A DNA stretch of 64,000 bases, taken from contig LCMS01000007.1 in the NCBI GenBank assembly GCA_001002765.1, forward strand, positions 8,170 to 72,169. The letters run 5' to 3'. The notes under the pieces are model-generated. The model saw nothing but the letters and a program-made list of their open reading frames with translations, was not told the origin of the DNA and searched no databases. The DNA comes from Candidatus Uhrbacteria bacterium GW2011_GWE2_46_68. Its GTDB lineage: Bacteria; Patescibacteriota; Patescibacteriia; UBA9934; GWF2-40-263. This document shows, piece after piece, positions 31,480-41,745 of this stretch. Both the position numbers and the translations under genes were made by a program. Positions within the stretch are counted from its first letter, which is position 1. Each line of letters opens with the position of its first letter.

Positions 31480-31959
31480 GGAGAGAAGGGATTGGGAACC
31501 CCAGGTTGGACTGTTCATCTTCTCCAACCATCAAACCCGAACGAACAAGACATCGAAACTCCCAAAGGCTTTGCTCCCATTCCCAGAGAAGGACGGGGAA
31601 CACCTCAAGAAAATCTCGTCCCTCGACATCCCCTTGAAGCAGGTAAATCTCCCAATGAATATCTTTCCATTCTTCAAAATGCTCAAGGTGATAAAGACTC
31701 TCCCTATCATGGTGAAACAGGCATGACTCCCGAAGATTGGATCGAACCCCACAAACAAAGAATGTATCTCTTACCTTACAGGAGCTTTTTTTCGTTCCTC
31801 CATCGCTGTGCCTTGCATGTATTGGTGTCGCGGCAATCGTCAGGCCGACCTCGACAGGGATGATCCTCGTATTCGGGATGGGAACATTGGTTTGCGGTCT
31901 TCGGTGATCGTTTAATCTTTGATACGTATACGCATCGGTCATTGTTTAACTTTTCTCTT

Positions 31960-32751
31960 ATGCTTACCTTTGCCGCTTTTGTTCCGCATAGTCCGCTTCT
32001 TTTGAAAACTGTGGGAAAAGAGCACACACAAAAAGCCAAACAAACTCTCACTGCATTGCATACATTGGCTGATCGTCTGGAGGCTGCAAAACCGGATCTC
32101 ATCGTAATTATATCGGCTCATCAAGCCGCTCAACCCAAAGCATTCTCTGGAAACTTGAGCGAAACCTATCGAGCACATCTCGAAGCATTTGGCGATATGG
32201 GGACGCAAAAAAAATTCTCCGGAGATCCTGCATTTTTTGACAGTGTACAAAGACACTTGCGTAAGCAATCCATTCCTTTTGTTTTGCAAACATCGGAGGA
32301 TTTAGATCATGGGGCCAGTGTGCCTCTCTTGCTCCTCACAAAATCCTGGTTTTGCCCCCTTTTGCCGATTACCTATGCAAGCCAACTTTCCGTACGCGTA
32401 CACCGACAATTCGGATATGCGCTTAAAGATGAGGTGGTGAACTCTCCTAAACGGATTGCTCTCTTGGCTTCGGGTGATCTTTCTCATGCTCTACGCACCG
32501 AATCACCGGAAGGTTTCCATCAGGAAGGGATGCTGTTTGATGAAGCAGTGCAAGAGGCCGTTACTCATCAATCCATCTCTAAATTACTGGCACTCAAAAA
32601 AGAAGTGATTGAGCAATCAGTGCAATGTGCATATCGTCCGCTCCTCATACTTTTTGGACTTCTCGAACACATCCAAACAACACCGGAGATTCTTTCCTAC
32701 GAATCTCCTTTTGGTGTGGGATTTTTGACTGCGGATTTTCGTTTGGAATAA
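31960..32751 (+). CDS. LigB/MEMO-like class III extradiol dioxygenase-family protein
   Basis: VPHSP, IISAH, LDHG, ASGDLSH, SYESPFGVG. Confidence 0.85.
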   Translation: MLTFAAFVPHSPLLLKTVGKEHTQKAKQTLTALHTLADRLEAAKPDLIVIISAHQAAQPKAFSGNLSETYRAHLEAFGDMGTQKKFSGDPAFFDSVQRHLRKQSIPFVLQTSEDLDHGASVPLLLLTKSWFCPLLPITYASQLSVRVHRQFGYALKDEVVNSPKRIALLASGDLSHALRTESPEGFHQEGMLFDEAVQEAVTHQSISKLLALKKEVIEQSVQCAYRPLLILFGLLEHIQTTPEILSYESPFGVGFLTADFRLE

Positions 32752-32753
32752 AA

Positions 32754-34592
32754 ATGCGTATGCCCTCTCTTGTTGCTCGTATTTATCCGATCCAGCGTAT
32801 GCCGAGAACATTCGGCATATTTGATTATGATGTGCCCGAAGGAATGTCCGTGACAAGAGGAGATGTGGTGATGATCCCCTTTCGCAAAACGATGATCTGT
32901 GGAGTGATAGCGGAAATCATCCAGGCAACCAAAAGTTCTTACGCACGCAAACCCATCCGTACAAAAATAGAAAATCTACATCTGTCACAAAATGAAATCG
33001 CATTTTTTGAATTCCTCGCCCACGATCTTGCTCAATCAGTTCCTTCGGTTTTGGATGCCGCTCTTCCCACTCCACCCAAACGAATATCAAGTCGCGGCTT
33101 GACTCTTCCATCCGAGCCCCTGCTGATTCCAAAATCCGAAGCGCCTATTGTCATGGAGATCGCCAAGCGTCTGGCGACAACATCTCAGGCCTTTGTGATG
33201 TCTCCGGATTTACGTCGCAGTGCTTCCATTATTGCCGCCTATGCAGGATCTCAAACAAAACGCGTGATCACGGTTATTGCACCAACCATCAAAGACGCTA
33301 CACTTCTTGCTTCTCATCTTCATCATCTTTCCCCTCTTTTGCTCACAGGGGAAGAAACCAATGCTTCGCGTTATCGTCTGTGGAGTGCCTGGCGCGCGCA
33401 GACAAGCGGCATGCTCATAGGAACGCGCCTGGCTTTGTTGCACACACATCCGGACCTTTCGACTATCTTTCTTGTGCGCTCAGGTCATGAACAACATAAA
33501 CAGTCTCATCGCAATCCTCGCTATGATGCCAGGCAAATCACTTTACAGTTCGCCAAGCAATCCCATATCTCTTTATATTTTCTCGATACTATTCCACTTG
33601 TAGACGACCTGGAAATTTTTAGCCGCGCCGACGTGATTGATCTTTTTGAAAAACCGGAAACTCGGATCATCTCTCTGACAAGATCCCCGCACCAACCTCA
33701 CCCGCTTCTTGCCTATCAAACAAGTGAACTCATGGAAGAGATGTTACGCCAAGGCAAACAGATCCTTTGCGTCTATAACAAAAAAGGCATGTCACGCCAA
33801 TTGCTTTGTCAGGATTGCGGCTATGATTTTCTCTGCGATAAATGTCTGCGTCCCTGTGTTCCCTATGAGCAAACTCTTCATTGTCCCGTTTGTCTTTCCA
33901 CTCGTCCCATACCCATGAGCTGTCCTTCATGTAAGGGCGTGCGACTGCAACCCAAAGGGTTTGGAAATCGCGCGCTTGTACAGGTTCTGAAATCTCTTTT
34001 TCCTGCGGCGACTGTGACACGTGTGGACAGTGACGAACCTTCTCCGGCCATGAACGCTTCATTGCTTTTGGTCACGGATTATTATTTGGAACATTTTTTT
34101 GATGCCTTTCATCCGCCTGCACTTGGATGTGTTATAAAACTGGATACAGATCTTCTTCTTACTTCTCCATCATTTCGCGCCACCGAGCAGGCCATGCGCT
34201 CTTTGGAAGACTGGCGCGGAATAGCACGCGCGTGCAAGGCAACCTTTATCGCACAAACACGTCACAGTGAACTGATGGAAGAATGGCTTTCTCATCCCTA
34301 TCGCGTTCATCAAAAAGAACGATCGTTTCGACTGATGTTCGGTCATCCTCCTTTTGAGCGCTGGATGAAGGTGGAATATAAAACCGCTAAAGATCAAAAT
34401 CGCGAACAAGCTCTTCTTGAATTGCAAAAATCTCTTCGTTGTCTTGATCCCGCTCCTCACATCATCAAACGAAAAAAAGGTGTACAATTTTATTTGGAAG
34501 TTTGTTGCCCTTTATCTTCTGTTCCTTCCGTTTTATCAATCTTTTCAAAACTTCCGGATGCTTACATCATTGACACCAACCCGCTTTTTTGA
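32754..34592 (+). CDS. priA: Primosomal protein N' (PriA) with a degenerate helicase core
   Basis: FDY N-domain, PRYDAR, four CxxC zinc knuckles; adjacent to def-fmt. Confidence 0.85.
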   Translation: MRMPSLVARIYPIQRMPRTFGIFDYDVPEGMSVTRGDVVMIPFRKTMICGVIAEIIQATKSSYARKPIRTKIENLHLSQNEIAFFEFLAHDLAQSVPSVLDAALPTPPKRISSRGLTLPSEPLLIPKSEAPIVMEIAKRLATTSQAFVMSPDLRRSASIIAAYAGSQTKRVITVIAPTIKDATLLASHLHHLSPLLLTGEETNASRYRLWSAWRAQTSGMLIGTRLALLHTHPDLSTIFLVRSGHEQHKQSHRNPRYDARQITLQFAKQSHISLYFLDTIPLVDDLEIFSRADVIDLFEKPETRIISLTRSPHQPHPLLAYQTSELMEEMLRQGKQILCVYNKKGMSRQLLCQDCGYDFLCDKCLRPCVPYEQTLHCPVCLSTRPIPMSCPSCKGVRLQPKGFGNRALVQVLKSLFPAATVTRVDSDEPSPAMNASLLLVTDYYLEHFFDAFHPPALGCVIKLDTDLLLTSPSFRATEQAMRSLEDWRGIARACKATFIAQTRHSELMEEWLSHPYRVHQKERSFRLMFGHPPFERWMKVEYKTAKDQNREQALLELQKSLRCLDPAPHIIKRKKGVQFYLEVCCPLSSVPSVLSIFSKLPDAYIIDTNPLF

Positions 34593-34608
34593 TTTTCTAT
34601 ACTTCTCT

Positions 34609-35082
34609 ATGAGCACGCTTTCCATCGTCATCCACCCCAATCCGATTCTCCACCACATGGCAAAACCCATGAACCTTTCCGAGATACAAAATCCGTCTTT
34701 TCAGAAACTTCTCGATGATATGATAGAGACGATGTTTGCCGCACAAGGCATTGGATTGGCTGCCCCGCAAATTGGCATTTCAAAACGCATAATCATTGTC
34801 CAGATGGGACAAAAATCCGAGGCTTTTATCAATCCAGAAATAGTGGGTCATTCTTGGCGAACGCTTTGGTATGAAGAAGGATGTTTATCCGTACCCGGTG
34901 TCTATGGAAAAGTGAAGCGCTTTCGCGGAGTAAAAATTCACGCGTGGATGCGTGATGGAAAAGAAATCACTCTTGATGTTGCCGGACTTCCTGCCATTAT
35001 TTTTCAACATGAGATGGATCACTTGAACGGTATTTTATTTATCGAAAAAGCCAAGTCGCTCAGTGATAAACGAACGGAATAA
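34609..35082 (+). CDS. def: Peptide deformylase
   Basis: GIGLAAPQ, EGCLS, QHEMDH. Confidence 0.97.
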   Translation: MSTLSIVIHPNPILHHMAKPMNLSEIQNPSFQKLLDDMIETMFAAQGIGLAAPQIGISKRIIIVQMGQKSEAFINPEIVGHSWRTLWYEEGCLSVPGVYGKVKRFRGVKIHAWMRDGKEITLDVAGLPAIIFQHEMDHLNGILFIEKAKSLSDKRTE

Positions 35083-35083
35083 T

Positions 35084-36025
35084 ATGCGTATTGTCTTTTT
35101 TGGAACTCCGACGTTTGCTCTTCCCTTTCTTCTTGATCTTACCCAAGACAAAGAAATCGAAGTTGTAGGTGTGGTGACCCAACCGGATAAACCGGCGGAT
35201 CGCGGACAAAAACCCCATACCTCTCCGGTAAAAGTATTGGCGCAAAAACATAACATCCAGGTCTTTGATTTTTCCTCTCTTAAAACTCCTGAGGTTGTTT
35301 CTTCTCTTGGGGCGCTTCAAGCGGATGCCTTTGTGGTTGTGGCCTATGGAAAAATCATTCCAAAAACCCTGTTGTCGCTGGCTCGTCTTGGGTGCATCAA
35401 TGTGCATCCTTCTCTTTTACCCCGTCATCGCGGACCTTCCCCTATGCCTTGGACGATCTTGGAAAATGATCTGGTGGGAGGAGTGACAATTATGCAATTG
35501 GATGAAGGGATGGATACGGGTCCTCTACTCACGCAAGAACAAATCCCCATTGATCCGAACGAAACCGTGGAAACGTTACAAGCCAAAATCCATTTGATCG
35601 GTCCTGATCTGCTCATAAAAACTCTTAAACTTTTTGCCTCCGGAGCCATACATCCTCAACCTCAAGATCCTGCAAAAGCCACGGTGACCAAGTTGCTTCA
35701 AAAAGAAGATGGAAAGATACATTGGGAACAGTCAGCAAAAACATTGGAGCGCCTCTGGCGCGCCTATGAACCTTGGCCCGGCATGTGGACCACGTGGACG
35801 CGAAAAGGAAAAACATTGAGACTCCTTTTAAAAAATGTCTCTGTTGTGGCAAAGTCTTGTGAAACCCCCGGACGCGTACACACCACAAAAGAAGGCGATC
35901 TCTTTGTGGAAACCGGGGATGGATATCTGGAAATTCATCATCTGCAACCAGAAGGAAAATCTATCATGAGTGCGGAAGCGTTTGTCCGAGGGCATCGAGA
36001 TATTGATGGTGTGGTGCTTTCATAA
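35084..36025 (+). CDS. fmt: Methionyl-tRNA formyltransferase
   Basis: VTQPD, VVAYG, NVHPSLLP, MDTG. Confidence 0.97.
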   Translation: MRIVFFGTPTFALPFLLDLTQDKEIEVVGVVTQPDKPADRGQKPHTSPVKVLAQKHNIQVFDFSSLKTPEVVSSLGALQADAFVVVAYGKIIPKTLLSLARLGCINVHPSLLPRHRGPSPMPWTILENDLVGGVTIMQLDEGMDTGPLLTQEQIPIDPNETVETLQAKIHLIGPDLLIKTLKLFASGAIHPQPQDPAKATVTKLLQKEDGKIHWEQSAKTLERLWRAYEPWPGMWTTWTRKGKTLRLLLKNVSVVAKSCETPGRVHTTKEGDLFVETGDGYLEIHHLQPEGKSIMSAEAFVRGHRDIDGVVLS

Positions 36026-36058
36026 AAAAATCCCCGATCTTTGTCGGGGATTTTTTTA
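36025..36058. terminator. Bidirectional intrinsic terminator
   Basis: aaaaaatccccga-tctttg-tcggggattttttt between convergent genes. Confidence 0.75.
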
Positions 36059-37594
36059 TTCAAAACGGATTGAGCCAAGAACAGGAGAGGTTTGCGTTTG
36101 AGGACGCGCCTCTTTTTTTGCACACACGCGTGTGGGTTGCTTTGTGAAAGGGATTTCGAGAAACGGTGCAAGGAAAAGAAGAAACCCTATTCCCAGAGGA
36201 TGATTGAGATAGGGAGAAAATATATGAATCGTGTAAAGCAAGGCAAGAGAAGCCAGACCCCCAATCGCTAGCCAACGCGCAGGTTGTGCCAAAAGAGGTA
36301 TGAGACCACGAATAACGACATACGCGATCCAGAGAAACACCAAGGGCCCCAGAATGCCCATCTTAAGCCATAGCTCCAACCACCCCCATTCCATGGCATA
36401 GGTGGTCCAAATTTTGTCTCCGGTTACGGCTTCCGCGCGCGGGTCATCGGTTTCAAAAGAAACGGTTTTTCCAAACCCCGATCCTAAAATCGGATGCTCT
36501 TTGATGGTTTGCCACATGGGATCTAATAATTTCCAACGACTGGAGATCGCCGCGTCTTGTGTACTTCCCGCGCGAGAAGAAAACATGTCTGCCCAGTCCC
36601 CCGCTTGCCCATGCAGATAAGAAACGGGAAGAAAAAGAGCTGTAGCTAAAAAAATCAACCCGAATATTTTTGAGAGAGCATGCCAACCGATTGCCGGAAA
36701 GATTTGTTTGAGAGAAACGGATTTGGAAAAAAAGAGAGCGAGAACAAACGTACACATACCGACAAAAAGTCCAACCAAATAACTGCGAGAAAGACTGACG
36801 AGCAAGGTGGCGATACTGATTCCCTGTACGCTTGCAAAAATGACCCCTTCTTTCCAAGATACAGAGCGGAGCCAGAAAAAAGGTGCAAGGAATAAAAGAA
36901 GAAAAAGAAGATAAATTTGAGAGGGAAGAAAAACACGAAAAATGGCATCCGTCATTTTTGTGATTTCGGCAAGCCTTGTATCGCGTAAAAATGCATAGGT
37001 ATTGACGAGCATCCATTCGGGCGTATGACTGAAAATAAAAACGATGCCCAGAGTGAGAAATCCCACCCAAAGGCTCGCCGCAACAAAGACTTGAATCCAC
37101 TGATGCTTTTGTAAACTTTTCCAAGGGATGGAAAGAAGCGGAAGAAAATAGAGTGTATAAAAATACGCGTTCCCGTCTTGCAGAGCTGTTGTGATATCAC
37201 CGCGCAAAAGAAAGGATTGACCTAACGCGCAAAGCGCCAAAAAAAATAATCCAGTAAAAGGAAAAAATAAGGGGTGATGAAAAGAAAGGGAAACCTTCTG
37301 TCTTAGATATTGAACGGTCCAGGCAAAAAGAACGGCTCCAAAAATCACCATGCGTAAAGAAATTCCATGGAATTCTATGAGATGACCGTGAGAAAAAGCG
37401 ATCAATTCCGCCAGTGCCACAAAAAGTCCTATTTCCGGTTTCCAAAGACTGAAAGCAAAGACACTTCCTCCGATGGCGATAAGGAGAAGAAGAGACAGTG
37501 TTGGGAAAAAATACGCGGGAATGGCAAAAAGAAAAACCAATGCGATGCCAATCAAAGTCCGCCAAAATGTTTTTCCAAAAAATTGTTTCCACAT
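36056..37594 (-). CDS. O-antigen ligase/polymerase-family membrane protein
   Basis: Many TMs; SLSRS, HPILGSGFG, GILG; lies in the glycan locus. Confidence 0.8.
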   Translation of the reverse strand: MWKQFFGKTFWRTLIGIALVFLFAIPAYFFPTLSLLLLIAIGGSVFAFSLWKPEIGLFVALAELIAFSHGHLIEFHGISLRMVIFGAVLFAWTVQYLRQKVSLSFHHPLFFPFTGLFFLALCALGQSFLLRGDITTALQDGNAYFYTLYFLPLLSIPWKSLQKHQWIQVFVAASLWVGFLTLGIVFIFSHTPEWMLVNTYAFLRDTRLAEITKMTDAIFRVFLPSQIYLLFLLLFLAPFFWLRSVSWKEGVIFASVQGISIATLLVSLSRSYLVGLFVGMCTFVLALFFSKSVSLKQIFPAIGWHALSKIFGLIFLATALFLPVSYLHGQAGDWADMFSSRAGSTQDAAISSRWKLLDPMWQTIKEHPILGSGFGKTVSFETDDPRAEAVTGDKIWTTYAMEWGWLELWLKMGILGPLVFLWIAYVVIRGLIPLLAQPARWLAIGGLASLALLYTIHIFSPYLNHPLGIGFLLFLAPFLEIPFTKQPTRVCAKKEARPQTQTSPVLGSIRFE

Positions 37595-37595
37595 A

Positions 37596-38438
37596 TCAGC
37601 GTGGTTTTATGATACTCGCCATCAAAGCGAGAAGAATAAAAAATGGTTCTCCTAAGGTAAATAATGTCCAGGCAATGATTCCTTTGTGCCTGCGCATGTA
37701 CCGACGAAGACTCTGCCGAATCATAGCTTGTTTTTTCACGGTCAATATTTTCTCAAAACTGCTTCCGCCTTTATGTATGGCGGAAATCTGGGAAAAATAA
37801 TAGGTGAGCCATCCGTGATCATACGCACGCTTGGCAAAGTCCACCTCCTCATACCACATAAAAAACTTTTCATCGAGAAGGCCGATCTCTTCCAAAACGT
37901 TCCGACGAATACAAAAAAACGCACCCATGACCTGATCCACCTTTGCATCTTTTGAGTAATCAAAATTTTTCATGGTCCAAGCGTCTATGGCATGACAATG
38001 AAACAGATGAGGAATCTTGGAAAGGACAAGGAGCTGATCCCAAACACCGGGAAATCTCCAGACACATTTTTGCTGAGTCCTATCTTCATACAAAAGACAA
38101 ATGCCCCCGATCCCCACTTTGGGATGTTGTTGCATGGCATCTTCTATTTGATAAAGAGCATTCGATTGAAAACGAATATCCGGATTTACAAGCACACAAA
38201 ACTCTCCTGTTGCCAAACGCAGCGCCATATTACATCCACCGGCAAATCCACGATTTCTCACACTATAAAGAAATGTCACCTGTGGGAACTGTGATTCAAG
38301 AGAAGAAAGATCATCTCCGGAATTATTTTCCACCACAAATACCTCCACTCGATCATCTTGATGGTACTTGAAAAGCGAGATGAGCATGCGCTCAAGATGA
38401 GAAGCGGTTTTATAATTGACCGTGATCACGGAAAGCAT
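37596..38438 (-). CDS. GT2 glycosyltransferase (WbbL-like)
   Basis: NRGFAGGCN, VNPD, FMWYEEVD. Confidence 0.9.
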   Translation of the reverse strand: MLSVITVNYKTASHLERMLISLFKYHQDDRVEVFVVENNSGDDLSSLESQFPQVTFLYSVRNRGFAGGCNMALRLATGEFCVLVNPDIRFQSNALYQIEDAMQQHPKVGIGGICLLYEDRTQQKCVWRFPGVWDQLLVLSKIPHLFHCHAIDAWTMKNFDYSKDAKVDQVMGAFFCIRRNVLEEIGLLDEKFFMWYEEVDFAKRAYDHGWLTYYFSQISAIHKGGSSFEKILTVKKQAMIRQSLRRYMRRHKGIIAWTLFTLGEPFFILLALMASIIKPR

Positions 38439-38439
38439 A

Positions 38440-39144
38440 CTAGAGATGATGTTTTTCTTTAATCACTCCTTTTCCGGTTTCATATCGACGACGCGCTTCT
38501 TTTTTCCATCGCAGCAAACGCCATGGCCAACGATACATGAATGCCGGCATCCAATGGGAAATCCCTCCGCGTTTTCCATCTACCTGCACACAAAAAAGTA
38601 CTTCGGGAATGAAGACCCCCGTCTTCCCCACCTCAAGCATCGCAAGCCAGACATCCCAATCCTGAAATTTTTTGATAGCAGGATCAAACCCCGGAAAATC
38701 AGAACGACGTATAAGAGAACTCGTGTGAATATAATTCATGTGACGTAAGCGAACGGGATCAAAAGGAAAGCTGCGAAATATCTTCCATCCGAAACGAAAA
38801 GAAGAATACGCAAAAGACGCTCCGGGATGATCTAAAAGCGCGCGTTCCATTTTTTCCAACATGGTGGACTGTAACACAACATCTGCATCACAAAATAAAA
38901 TGAACTCCCCTGTTGAAGCCTGAAAACCTCGTGTCCGCGCCGCTTGTTCTCCTTGATTCTCTTGATACATCGAAATAATGCGATGCCGATAAGGAATAAG
39001 AGCCTCTTGTGTATTATCGACCGATCCGTCATCCACCACAATGATTTCATCAGGTAGACGTGTTTGGGAACACAAACTCTTCAGGCATTCCCCGATGACG
39101 AAACCGTGTTGATAGGTGGGAATAATTACGGAAAGACGCTTCAT
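38440..39144 (-). CDS. GT2 glycosyltransferase
   Basis: SVIIP, VDDGS, FCDAD. Confidence 0.9.
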   Translation of the reverse strand: MKRLSVIIPTYQHGFVIGECLKSLCSQTRLPDEIIVVDDGSVDNTQEALIPYRHRIISMYQENQGEQAARTRGFQASTGEFILFCDADVVLQSTMLEKMERALLDHPGASFAYSSFRFGWKIFRSFPFDPVRLRHMNYIHTSSLIRRSDFPGFDPAIKKFQDWDVWLAMLEVGKTGVFIPEVLFCVQVDGKRGGISHWMPAFMYRWPWRLLRWKKEARRRYETGKGVIKEKHHL

Positions 39145-40232
39145 AAAAACGGTTCCAATTTTTTAAACTGTTTGGCAGCGATATATTCGTGACAAACTCG
39201 TTGTTTCGCTTTCTCCCCCATGGCCTGTCTCTTTTCCGGATGGAATAAAAAATCTTTGATGCTTGCGCAAAGCGCCTCTATGTCTCCTGAGGAAATGAGC
39301 ACTCCGGTTTCTTGATCCAAAACAGCCTCGCCTACTCCGGATATGCGCGTGGCAATGGCGGGAAGGCCTTGAGACGCCGCCTCGATATACACGATACCAA
39401 ATCCTTCTTTGTCCTGAGGATCATCCACAACAGGCATGACAAAAAGATCAGATTGGCTGTAAGCGACAAGAATTTGTTCATCCGTGGCTTGAGGATAAAA
39501 ATGAACGATGTCTTCCAGATTTTCTGCGACGACAAATGCTTTCAGGGATGTTGCTTCCGGTCCATCGCCATAGATATTATACGTAAACGAAAAAATTCCT
39601 TCTTTACGCAATCGTTTAAGCGCTTCTAAAACTAAACGATGTCCTTTGCGTGGAACAAGACGACTCACGGTCATCAAACGTAAAACCGAAGGATCAGACG
39701 GCGTGGCACGCGGTGTTTCAACAAAAAAAATAGGATCTACGCAAGGATACATAACTTCAAGATGTCGCAGGTGAACATGTTGTTGCACTTCTTGTGCAAG
39801 AGCCTGCGAATTCACGATCACGCATTTTGCTCGAGAAAGAATCTTACGTGCAAGAAAACGTTTGAATGGATGGTGAAATGCCAATCGCATATCCATCCCG
39901 TGCAAGATCACCAGATAAGGTTTGTGCGTGATGAAGGAAGAAATCCATGCGGCTGTTCCAAGCGGTAATAGATGACTCACAAGAACTTGTTGATACTCTT
40001 TTCGTTTTTTCCAGAGAATCCAAATCGAACGAATCCAGTGAGGCCAAAAAAGAGAGAAAAGGAGCGGTTGCCGTATAAGAGTAAAAGGATAATGCGGATC
40101 TGATTCATTTGTGGGAGGAGCAATCACAAAAAGACGATCAGAAAAAAACGTTGCAAGATGAGAAAGATAACGTGCCACTCCTCCTCTGTTGGGAGGAAAA
40201 TCGAGAGTGATCAATACGGTTTTATTCAACAT
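39141..40232 (-). CDS. GT4 glycosyltransferase
   Basis: DFPPNRGG, SRLVPRKG, EGFGIVYIEA. Confidence 0.92.
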   Translation of the reverse strand: MLNKTVLITLDFPPNRGGVARYLSHLATFFSDRLFVIAPPTNESDPHYPFTLIRQPLLFSLFWPHWIRSIWILWKKRKEYQQVLVSHLLPLGTAAWISSFITHKPYLVILHGMDMRLAFHHPFKRFLARKILSRAKCVIVNSQALAQEVQQHVHLRHLEVMYPCVDPIFFVETPRATPSDPSVLRLMTVSRLVPRKGHRLVLEALKRLRKEGIFSFTYNIYGDGPEATSLKAFVVAENLEDIVHFYPQATDEQILVAYSQSDLFVMPVVDDPQDKEGFGIVYIEAASQGLPAIATRISGVGEAVLDQETGVLISSGDIEALCASIKDFLFHPEKRQAMGEKAKQRVCHEYIAAKQFKKLEPFL

Positions 40233-41676
40233 AGATCGAAGGTTCCTTTTGCCAGAATGTTTGTATAGAAACCTGGTACTCCTTGGGAATACTTTTGGTG
40301 ATAAAAAGCATTGCTAGATATGTGAGAGCGGCAAAAGGAATAACTGCCCAAAATGGAAAAATAAAAAGAAGAAATTTCGCCACGATAGCCATAACTCCTC
40401 CGCTTAAAAAAATGGGGAGACACATTTTTCCTAGGGCCCAAAGAGGATAACCGGGGATAATCTTTGGTACAAAAAAAAGCCCGGCAAAAAACATGAACGT
40501 AAAGCTGACCAAGGCGGCAATCGCCGCACCAGGAACACCAAAAAGTGGAATAAACCAGATATTAAGAAAAACGTTGATGCTCATTGTTGCACCCATGATG
40601 ACTGTCTTAGTGGACTGCCGATACGCGGCGTTCAAAAGAGAACCGATGGGATAATCGAGAAAAATCGGAAGAAGGACAAAGACTAAAATAGCGAGTACTG
40701 GTCCGGAGTTTGTATACCCCTCTCCTGCCAATCGCACCACAGGGGAAGCGATGGCCCAAAGACCAAACACAATGGGGGTGGCAAGAACAGCCATATACCA
40801 CATGGCTTTTTCAAAAATGTGACGTAAAGCTACAAGATCTTTTTCTATAAGTTCACTTAATCCAGGATAAAGAGCTGCCACAAAAGCGAGAGGGAGAAAT
40901 TGAAATGCATAGGTGTATTTATATGCAACACTATAAATACCTACAGCTTCGGTTCCAAGATATTTTGCAATCAAAATAGAATCCGTATAGGAATAAATTT
41001 TGACGAAGATGGCTGCAAGGGCAAAAGGAAAGGCTGCACGCAAAAAAAGTAAACTTGTTTCTTTTTGCCAAGAAGGAAAAAGACAATGTATTCCATAAAG
41101 ATGCGCCACCCGAGACGCAGAAAAAAGAACATTAAATCCACTACCGGTGACAAGAGCAATGATCAACAGAGGGAGGGAGGGGGAAAAAAAAAGGACAATA
41201 GATCCAAATAAAGCTGTGATGCCTTGTCCGACAAACATGCCCAATGATTCATACTGCAATCGATGTTGACCGCGCAGTACTCCGTAATATAGCAGGGAAA
41301 ATGCATCTAACGTCAAAACAAAGCAGGCGATGACAATTAACGAGCGTAAAAAAGGATCATATCCAAGAAAAAATCCTGCCCCCAGAGACCCCAATATCCC
41401 CAAAAAAAGAAAAGGAATTTTCAATCCAAGTGCGCGACGGATAATAGAAACAGTCTGCTCGGGGAAACGGGCTATCTCACGGATCACAACCGAAGTAATG
41501 CCAAAATCCGCAACAACAGAAAAAATCGTGGTAATGGAAAGGGCAAGAAAATAAACACCCGTATTTTCTGGCATCATGATTCTGGCTACAAACAAAAAAT
41601 AGAGAAAAGCGATCACTTTTTGCCCAATGGAAGCCGTGGTAAAAAAGAAAGTATTTTTGGCTATTTTATGCACCAC
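40222..41676 (-). CDS. Wzx-type oligosaccharide flippase
   Basis: About 14 TMs; IAKNT, DFGI, VGIYSVAY. Confidence 0.88.
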   Translation of the reverse strand: MVHKIAKNTFFFTTASIGQKVIAFLYFLFVARIMMPENTGVYFLALSITTIFSVVADFGITSVVIREIARFPEQTVSIIRRALGLKIPFLFLGILGSLGAGFFLGYDPFLRSLIVIACFVLTLDAFSLLYYGVLRGQHRLQYESLGMFVGQGITALFGSIVLFFSPSLPLLIIALVTGSGFNVLFSASRVAHLYGIHCLFPSWQKETSLLFLRAAFPFALAAIFVKIYSYTDSILIAKYLGTEAVGIYSVAYKYTYAFQFLPLAFVAALYPGLSELIEKDLVALRHIFEKAMWYMAVLATPIVFGLWAIASPVVRLAGEGYTNSGPVLAILVFVLLPIFLDYPIGSLLNAAYRQSTKTVIMGATMSINVFLNIWFIPLFGVPGAAIAALVSFTFMFFAGLFFVPKIIPGYPLWALGKMCLPIFLSGGVMAIVAKFLLFIFPFWAVIPFAALTYLAMLFITKSIPKEYQVSIQTFWQKEPSIYVE

Positions 41677-41745
41677 AATGCTCGTATGGTATCAAAAAAG
41701 ACTTGTTTCCTCAAACAAAAAAAGGCAGCCGTTTGCTGCCTGCCA

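Larger units (their letters stand above)
30631..31915 (+). pseudogene. Tandem paralog 3, frameshifted by a deletion near 31744
   Basis: After TPEDWI the segment MAFMLHLSETGKPLD is missing; the homologous tail ECISYLTGAFF...NIGLRSSVIV* continues in the +1 frame to 31915. Confidence 0.8.

Noticed and set aside
31744-31863. C-terminus EPHKQRMYLL... of ORF 30628..31863
   Set aside because: This is out-of-frame read-through after the deletion; the homologous tail is in the +1 frame.
36056-41676. Glycan locus considered as a horizontally acquired island
   Set aside because: Its composition resembles the flanks and its flippase/GT/ligase content is ordinary.
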